Origin: a candidate division FCPU426 bacterium
GTDB lineage: Bacteria; Oederibacteriota; Muellerivitia; Muellerivitales; Muellerivitaceae
Reading direction: 5' to 3'
Length of the DNA stretch: 64,000 nt
Assembly: GCA_963738405.1 (NCBI GenBank)
Contig: CAVTWJ010000002.1
Span: forward strand, 128,001-192,000
A model generated the notes under the pieces. It did not search any database and was not told the DNA's origin. It saw nothing but the letters and a program-made list of their open reading frames with translations. Positions 33,815 to 43,200 of the stretch are shown piece after piece. Numbering within the stretch: the stretch's first letter is position 1; each line of letters opens with the position of its first letter. Both the position numbers and the translations under genes were made by a program.

Positions 33815-34269
33815 AATTTATACGCAACGTATAAATTCTGGGCCGGGTTTCACATAGGGTATGTAAAGAACCCCAAATTCCCTTATTTGAATTAGTACTA
33901 ATAGTACTAATTCAACCCGCCAATACCCTGTTTGGCACGATCAAAAGGTGGCACAATTCCCGATACCCCCAAAACCCTTATTTTTGCATTCGGAGTATCC
34001 GCATGCAAAAATAAGGGTTTTCAGGCTCTAATGCTTGAGATGCATTATGGATGGTAATCTCGCGTCCAATTAACGTCAGAATCCGACTTAATTGGACGTG
34101 AGAATTGGAGTTTTATGCTAGTCCGCATAAATTTGGAAAAATCTTCAAAAAAGCCTTTAAAAACGACTTGCCACTCGCAAGTCAAAAAATAATGGGTTTT
34201 TGCATATTTTCCAGAATCTGTAAAACACTCAGATTCCCCTTATTTGAATTGGCCGTAATACGACCAATT
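33815..34269. repeat. Array of about nine distinct inverted repeats
   Basis: IRs at 33815-33837, 33887-33915, 33971-34021, 34058-34103, 34112-34131, 34165-34183, 34197-34225, 34247-34269, plus an imperfect one at 33845-33874. Confidence 0.85.
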
Positions 34270-34288
34270 ACCCCCCAAAAAAACCTAC

Positions 34289-37200
34289 TCAGGGTCCCTC
34301 GATACTAAAGGTCCCCAGCTGCCAGGTATCCCAGATGGCGGTTCCGGTCGAGTTGTACAGTTCCGCCACGAAATTTTGATTGGCGGCGATTTGACCGGGG
34401 GTCAAACCGAACTGGGTGGCCTGGACCGGGATGACGAAACTGGAACAGGTATAGGTGTAGGGGCCCAGCCAGACGTAATTGCCGTTGGTGACATCCACGA
34501 TCCTGATCATGCTGGTCTGGGTCGTACAACCAGGGGTATAGGGATAGACCGTGAAGTTAAACCCGATACTGTTCCCGTCTTCCGCCAAGAAGGTGGCCGG
34601 GCTGGCCAGGCTGGCCGTGTCGATAAAGGCCGGGGGTTCTTCCAAGGTGATGGGCGACCCAGCAGGCGTGCCGTAGGAGAACACCTGGCTCTTGGCTTGG
34701 TTATAAAGGGTCACCGCCAACTGCGCCGGAGCCGGGTTGTTGGCCGTGGTCAATCCCAAATCATAACCTGACAGGGTCACCGTAAAGCTTGACCCCAGGC
34801 CCGTATAACTGAAGGGCCCAACATAGAGGCCGTGATTGTTGGAGTTGTTGTTGACCCATGCGTAACTGACCTGGGTGACCCCGGCGGGAGCGTTGGCGTT
34901 GATCTGCAATTGGAAGGCCTGGCAGGACCCGTTGCCGCCGTCGGTCGTCAGGCAGTTCACGGCGCTGGAGTTCATGTAATCCTGCGGGTATTCCAGGTTG
35001 AGGGTCCCCACGGGCTGGACGTCCCAAACCTGGGTGCCGGTGGAGTCGAGCAGTTGGGCCACGAACTTCTGGTTCAAGGCCGACCCTCCCGGCAGGACTC
35101 CGAATTGGGCGGGAGTCAATGTCCAGCTATAGCTGGTGCAGGTATAGGTAACAGGCCCTAAGGTCACCGAATTGCCGTTGGTGAGATCCCATAACCTTAT
35201 CATGCTCGTCTGGGTCGTCGCGCATGCGGGCGTATAGGGGTAGAGGATAAAGTTGAAGGTATTCAGGTTTCCATCCTCCGCCACCGTTCCGTTGGAAAAG
35301 GCCGTGTAGTCGATATAGGCCGGGGGTGTTTCCAGGGTCACCGGAACGCCTCCCGCCGGGAAGGAAACGCCCAGGGGCTTGGTCTGCGCGGAGTTGTAAA
35401 GCGTCACGGCCATCTGCATGGATACGGGCAGGCTGGCGGTGGACAGGCCCAGTTCCTTGCCCGACAGGGTGACCGAGAAGCTTCCCGTGCCGGTGTAGCT
35501 GAAGGGCCCGATCGTTGTGATGGTGGCATTAAAGGAATTGGCTACATTCGCGTAATTGGTCTCACGCACCCCCGCCGGGCCCTGGGTATTGAGGTTCAAT
35601 TGGAACGCCTGGCAGGCGCCGTTACCGCCGTCGGTCGTGAGGCAGTTAAGCGCGCTGGAAGTAATAAAGGGCGAGGGATTTTCCAGGTTCAGGGTGCCCG
35701 GATACTTCTGATCCAGCAGGGTTACCCCGGTGGAATCGTACAATTGCAAAGCGAAGTTCTGGCTCAAAGCGGTCTGGCCCGCCATCGTCACCCCGAACTG
35801 TTGGGGGGTGAAATAATAGGTATTGTCATCCGCGCCGCCATTGAGGTCGGTGATGGGTCCAAAGGGCACCGTGACCCCGTTCGATAGATCAATCAGCTTC
35901 ATGCGGCTGATCACCGTCGTGGTCCCCGGCGAGGTGAGGTAGGCCACCAGGCCGAAGTCCTCGCAGTTCCCGTCCTCCGCGGTGGTTTGACAGCTGAAGC
36001 TGGCGCTGTTGATGTATTGGAGGGGCGCTTCCAAGGTCATGGGCGAACCCGTGGGAACCGAGGCTCCCTCCGGCTGGGTCTCGTTGTCGTTGTAAAGGGT
36101 CACGGCTAATGCGGTGGAAACCGGCAACCCCGCCGTGGTGAGGCTGAAGGTGGTGCCGGAAATAGTCGCGGCCAAAGAGGCGCTGGGGCCCGAATAGGTC
36201 CAGGGACCCAGCCAGACATTTTTATTATTGGACGTATCCACCACATAGGCGTAACTGGTCTTGGGGTTACCCGCCGGGGCGTTGACGTTGAGTGTCAGCA
36301 ACACCTGCTGCCAGGCGCCGTTGACGGTATCCGTCACGAGCGGGGTCACCGAGCTTCCCGTCAGGTAAAGGGTGGGAGCTTCCAGATTCAGCGTTCCGGG
36401 GTAAACGGTATCGAGAAGCGTGACTCCGCTGGAATCATATAACTGGGCCATGAAAGTCTGGTTCGTAACGATCTGCGCCTGTGCCGTCACGCCAAACTGG
36501 GCGGGCAATAGAGGAAAGCTCGGGTTATAGCCCCCGCCGTTCGTATCCACCAAGGGCGGGAACACCACGGTGGTGGAGTTCGACAGGTCGATCAGCTTCA
36601 CCATCGTGGTGACGGTGGCGCTTCCAGGGGCGTTCACATAGGGGGCGTAATTGAAGGCCTGCCAATTGCCGTCTTCTCCCGTGCTGGTCGGGCTGAAGGT
36701 TCCGTTATTCAAGAAATATTGCAGGGGGGCTTCCATGGTCAGGGGGGAACCCGCCGGAACGGCCTGATCCAGGATATGGGACTTCGTTTGGTCGTAGAGG
36801 GTTACGGCCATGGCGGTGGAAACCGGCAGGTTGGCGGTGGCCAGGCCAAAATCCGTCCCCCGGATGGTCACGGGGAAACTGCCCGTTCCCGTAAAGGTAA
36901 AGGGCCCTTCCTGGAGGGCGGCATGGCCGTTGCTGAGGTCGTATACATTGGCGTAAACCGTACGGGTCACGCCCGCGGGCCCAATGGGGTTCAGGGTGAG
37001 GAGGATGCTCCGGCAGGCGCCCGTGGCGGGGTCATTCACCAGGCAGGAAACGGAAGCGGTATTCAAGTAGGGCGAGGGGGTTTCCAGGTTCAAGGTTCCC
37101 AGGGGATAGCTGTCCAATAACGTCACGCCTCCCGCGTCGGCGTAGAGGTATTCCTCGAACACCTGATTGAGCGCGATCTGACCCGGCGTGCTCATTCCCA

Positions 37201-40200
37201 ATTGCTTGGGCAGAACCAGGAAGGATCCCGAGATGGCCCCGCCATTGGTAGCGGTCACGGGTCCGTAATTGATCGTGAGGGGACCTCCGCTGGCCGTCAG
37301 GTCCACCAGTTTCAGGTAACTGACCACCGTCGGTCCGCTGGGAGAGTTCAAATAATAATTGAAGTTAAATCCTTCGCAGTTCCCGTCATCGGCCGTTGTC
37401 AGGCAGATCACCTCATTGTTGGTGTTGTGGAGGAGGTATTGCTCAGGTGCCTCAAAGGAAACGGGCGAACCGGAGGGGATGGAGGTGTTCAAAACGGTCG
37501 AGTCATTTTCCGCCAGGAGCGTCACCGCGAAGGAAGCGGAGGTGACCGCCCCGGCCGTGTTCAGGCTAAAGTTGAGGCCGCTAAGGGTCGCCGAGGCGCT
37601 TCCGGCGCCGTTAAAGGTAAAGGGGCCCACTGTGGTGTGCGTGTTGTTGGTCAGGTCGGCCACCGAGGCGTAGCAGGTCTTGGTCACTCCCGCGGGGCCC
37701 ACCGGGTTCAGGGTGAGCAGGAACTGCTGGCAAGCGCCGTTCCCGAGATCGGATTGAATACATGAAATCGAACTGGAGGCCAAGTAAGGCGAAGGGGCTT
37801 CCAGGTTCAAGGTGCCCAGGGGATAGGTATCCAACTGCGTCACCCCGCCGGAGTCGGCATAGAGGTATTCCTGGAATTGCTGATTGGACGCGATTTGGCC
37901 GCCCGTGGTCACTCCGAATTGCTGGGCCAGCAGGGTGAAGGAGCCCGAAGTCGCGCCGCCATTGGTATCGGTCACCGGGCCGTAATTAACGGTAATGGGT
38001 CCCCCGGAAGCGGTCAGGTCAACTAGTTTTATATAGCTAATCACGGTGGGGCCGCTGGGGCCGTTCAAATAATAATTGAAGGTGAAGGACTCGCAGTTCC
38101 CGTCCCCGGTTTGGGTTAGGCAGGTCACTTCGTTGTTGGTGTTGTGGAGAAGGAATTGTTCCGGCGCCTCAAAGGAAATGGGTGAGCCCGCGGGGATGGA
38201 GGTATTCAGGACCGTCGTGTCATTGGCCGCCAGAAGGGTGACGGCAAAGGAAGCGGAAGTGACCGCGCCGGCCGTATTGAGGCTGAACTGGTTCCCGTTC
38301 AGGGTGACCGAATAACCGGGCCCGGTGCCGTTAAAGGTGAAGGGGCCCACCGTGGTGTGCGTTTTATTGGTCAGGTCGGCCACCGAGGCATAACAGGTTT
38401 GGTTCACCCCCGCCGGCCCCATGGGGTTCAGGGTGAGCAGGAACTGCTGGCAAGCGCCGTCGCCCAGATCCGTTTGGACGCAAGAGATGGAGCTGGAGGC
38501 CAGGTAGGGCGAAGGCGTTTCAAGGTTCAAGGTCCCCATCGGGTAGGTATCCAACAGCGTCACCCCGCCGGAGTCGGCGTAGAGCAGTTCCTCAAATTGC
38601 TGGTTCAGGGCGATCTGGCCCGGCGTGGTCACCCCGAATTGCTGGGCCAGTATGCTGAAGGTTCCCGAGGTAGACCCGCCGTTGGTATCGGTCACCGCGC
38701 CCGCGCTCACCGTGACAGGTCCCCCGGAAGCCGAAAGGTCGACCAGTTGCAGATAGGTGGTTACGGAAGCGCCGCTGGGCGAAGTCACGTAGTAGTTGAA
38801 ATTGAAGGTCTCACAGTTCCCGTCCTCGGCGACGGTCTGACAGCTCAGGTCGTTGTAGCCAGAGTTGCGGAAGAGGAACTGCGTGGGGGCCACCAAAGAG
38901 ATGGGCGAGCCGGTGGGAATGCCCGTTCCCAATACGGTCACGGGGCTGGTATTGCTGTTGAGGGTCACAGCGAAGGCTTTGGAGGCCGGGGTGGTGGAGG
39001 TGATGCTGAAATCGGAAGCTCTCAATGTGACCGGGAAGGTCGCGGTCACGGGTCCCGAATAGGTGAAGGGCCCCACCGAGACGGATTTATTGTCGGTCAG
39101 GTCGGTCACATAAGCCCAGTCGGTCGATGTCACCGCCCCGGAACTGCCGAGGGTTACGCTTAAGGCGAAGGTCTGGTAACTTCCGCCGGTTCCTGGCAGC
39201 AAGGGGGTAATACCGCTTCCGAGCAAGGTATCAGCCGTGGTCGTATTGTTGTTTTCGAGGCTAAGGGTCCCCACGGGCGAGACGCCCAAAAGCGTCACGC
39301 CGCTGGCATCGTAAAGTTGTTCCGTGAACTGCTGGTTGAGGGCCTCTTGGCCCGCGCTCAAGCCGAAGCTGGCCCCATTCAAGGTTACGGCGTAGGCGTG
39401 ATTGCCCTGGGCATTGCTGACTGGCCCGAAGAAGACAGTCGCCGGGATGGACTGATCGACCAAGGCGTATTCAAAGCTGACCGCAGAGGCGCCGGGGGTG
39501 TCCAGGGTAGTGTTGAAGTTGAAGGTGACGGCGTTGCCGTCCTCGGCCATAACAAGGCTGCTGAAGCTGTTGGAGTAGATGTATCCCAGCGGGGCTTCCA
39601 GCGTGACGGGTGAGCCTAAGGGCGTGGAAGTATCCAGCCAATGGACCTGGGTCTCGTCGTAGAGCTTCACGATGAAATTGGAGGAAACCGGCCCCGAGGC
39701 CGTCGTAAAGTTGAAATCGTTGGTAGAAAGGGTGACCGAGTAGCTGTCCCCCGAGCCCACGTAGGTAATGGGCCCCACCCAGACGGTGGAAGCGTTGGTG
39801 GTGTCGATCACGTCGGCGTAACTGATGGACTGCAGCCCCGTGGGACCGTTGGGGTTGATCGTCATGGCAATAGCCTGATAGGCCCCCGTACCGCTATCGA
39901 AATAAATCGGAGACAAGGAGGTTGAGGCCAGGTAGTTGGCGGGAGTCTCATAGCTAAAGGTCTGGGCTGGCTGTTGATCCAACAGCGTCACACCGCTTGC
40001 GTCAAACAATTGCTCGTAGAACTGCTGATTCATCGCCGTTTGGCCAGGCGTCAGGCCGAAACTGGCCCCGTTCAAGGTGACCGCGTGGGCCGCGTTCCCG
40101 CCGTTGTTGTTCACGAAGGGTCCCAGGGTGAGGGTGACGGGTAAGGGCAAAGCGTTTGAATCGATCAGCTTCACCAGGGTCGTGACTGGGGTGGTGGCGC

Positions 40201-43200
40201 TGAAAGGGGCGTCCAGGTCGGTGTTGTAGGTGAAGTAGGTGCAATTGCCGTCCTCGGCGGTGGTCAAACAGCCGAAGGTGTTGTAACCGGGACCGTAAAT
40301 GAACTCGAGAGGGGCTTCCAAGGAAATCGGCGCCCCCGTAGGCGTGATCGTATCCAGCCATTGGTTCTGCGGGTTGTAGAGCTTGAGGGTAAAGGAGGTG
40401 GAAACGGGCGCCGCGTTGGTGATCAGGCCGAAATTAGACCCATTCATGGTGACGGCGAGGGTGCCGGTGCCCGTGTAGGTCCAGGGGCCGATCTGCGTGG
40501 TGCTGGAGTTTGTGTTGTCCGTCACGATGGCGTAGTTGGAAGAGGGTAGGCCCGGGGGCCCGTTGGTGTTGACGGTCAAGAGGAACCGCTGAACGGCGCC
40601 GTTGCCCGGGTCGGTGGAAAGCACCGACACCGAGGCCGAGCCGAAGTAATTGGCGGGTGTTTCATAACTAAAAGTCTGGGCGGGCATTTGATCCAACAGC
40701 GTCACGCCGCTGGCGTCATACAACTGCTCGTAGAACTGCTGATTGACGGCCGTTTGGCCGGCCGAGAGGCCGAAGCTGGCGCCGTTCAAGGTCACGGCAT
40801 GCCCCGCGTTTCCGCCGTTGTTGTTCACGAAGGGCCCCAGGGTCAGCGTAACCCCGCTGGTCAGGTTCTCCAGTTTCACCAGGGTCGTGACCGGGGTCGT
40901 GGCGCTAAAGGGCGCGTCCAGATCGGTGTTGAAAGTAAATTCAGTGCAGTTCCCGTCTTCGGCGGCCGTCAGGCAGGCGAAGGTGTTGTAGCCGGGCCCA
41001 TAAATGAATTCGGAGGGGGCCTCAAGGGTGATAGGCGCTCCCGTAGGCGTGATCGTATCCAGCCAATGGGCCTCGGTGGAGTCAAAAAGCTTGACGGTGA
41101 AGCCCGTGGAAACCGGCGCCGCGTTGGAGGTCAGGCCGAAACTGGTGCCCATCAAGGTCACCGAGTAGGTGTAGCCCGATCCGGTGTAGGTCCAGGGGCC
41201 CACGAAGGTGGCGGCGCTGTTTTGGTTGTCGATAATCTCGGCGCTGTTGGAACTTTGCTCACCCGTCGGCCCCGTGGCGGAAACCCGCAGGACAAAGCGC
41301 TGAACCGCCCCGTTGCCCGGGTCGGTCGCCAGCACCGACACCGAGGCGGAGGCCAGGTAGGGCGAGGGATATTCGTAACTCAAATTCTGGGCCGGCTGCT
41401 GGTCCAGAATGGTGGTTCCTCCGGCGTCGAGCAATTGTTCCTGAAAGGTCTGGTTCACCGCCGTTTGGCCCGGCGCCAGGCCGAAGCTGGCCGCGTTGAG
41501 CGTGACCGAGTGGCCTTGGTTGCTCCCGTTCGTGTTGACGAAGGGGCCCAGGGTCAGGGTCACGGGTTGAGGGCTGGCGTTGGTGTCGATCAATTTCACT
41601 AGGGTCGTGACCGGCGTGGTAGCGCTAAAGGGCGCGTAAAGGTCGGTGTTGAAAGTGAAATACACGCAGTTGCCGTCCTGGGCGGTGGTCTGACAGCCGA
41701 AGGTATTGTAGGAGGGCCCATAAAGGTACACGGCGGGAGCTTCCAAGGTCAGGGGCGAACCTGAGGGCGTGGAGGAATCGAGAACTAAATTTTGCGCCGC
41801 GTTATAAAGCTTCACGTTGAGGCCGGTGGTAATGGGCGCCGCGTTGGTGGTCAGGCCGAAATAGGATCCGTTCAAGGTCACCGAATAACTGCTTCCCGTA
41901 CCGGTGTAGGTAAAGGGACCCACAATGGTGGAGGCGCTGTTTTTCGTGGCGGTCACCAGGGCGTAGCTGATGGAATTAACCCCCGGCGGGCCGTTGGCGT
42001 TGATGTTCAGGATAAAGGACCGCGTGGCCCCGTTGCCGCTGTCCGTGATAAAGGGCGTGACGGAGGTTCCCGCCAAATAGTCGGTGGGATATTCGTAGCT
42101 CAAGGTCCCGGCTGTGCGGGTATCCATCAGCGTCACGCCGCTGGCGTCATACAATTGCTCCAGGAAGGAATCCCCTACCGCCGCTTGACCGGCGCTCAGG
42201 TTGAATTCGGCCCCGTTGAGGGTGACCGCATAGGCCTGGTTGCCCCCGCCGTTGTTCACGAAGGGCCCCAGGAAAACCGAGACGCCCCTCGTTTGGTCCG
42301 TCAGGACCACCTGGGTGGTCATGGGATTGGACCCCGGGTTGTCCAGGCCCGTATTGAAGGTGAAGAGGGCGCAGTTCCCGTCTTCCGCCAGGGTCTGACA
42401 GCTGAAGCTGTTGCTGTTGATGAACTCTTTCGGGTATTCCAGGGTCAGGGGCGATCCGGCGGGCACATCGGTATCTTGAAGGACGGTTTCCGTCGCGTCG
42501 TAAAGCTTGACGGTGAGGTTGGTGGAAACGGCCGCCGAGTTGGTGGTCAGGCCAAAATCGTTCCCCAGCAGGGTCACCGTATAGCTGTAACCGTTGCCCA
42601 CGTAATTCCAAGGGCCGATCCACATCGTTTGGCCGTTGGTGGTGTCGGTCACCAGGGCGGTCCCCACGGAGGTCACCCCCGCCGGGCCGTCGGCGTCCAC
42701 CGTCAGGGCAAATCCCTGGCAGGCCCCGTTGCCGCTGTCGGACAGCACGCAGGAAGCGGTGCTTCCCGCTAGATAGTTAGCGGCGTATTCATAACTAAAG
42801 GTGCCCGCGTTCTGGTCATCCAGCACCGTCACTCCGCTGGGATCGGTCAAGGTTTCCTCAAAAACATGGTTGGGCGCGGTCTGACCGGGGGTCAAGCCCA
42901 TCAATTCCCCGTCCAAAGTCACGGCGTAGGCCTGGTTGCCCGGGCCGTTGTTCACGAAGGGCCCCAGGTACAGCGTGGCGGGGCCGGTTTGGTCAGTCAG
43001 CCTCACAAACGTGGTCACGGGCGAGGCGGCGGGGTTATTCAAAGTCGTGTTGAAGGTGAAGTATTGGCAGGCGCCGTCCTGCGCGGTCGTGACGCAGTTA
43101 AAGCTGTGGGAATAAATGTATTCGCTCGGGCCCTCCAGGGTCAGGGGGGACCCGGAAGGAATGGAGGTATCGAGAATGGTGTTTTCGGTGGCGTTATAAA

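Noticed and set aside
33815..34269. Possible CRISPR array or attC array
   Set aside because: No constant direct repeat with regular spacers, no cas genes, no consistent attC core sites and no integron integrase
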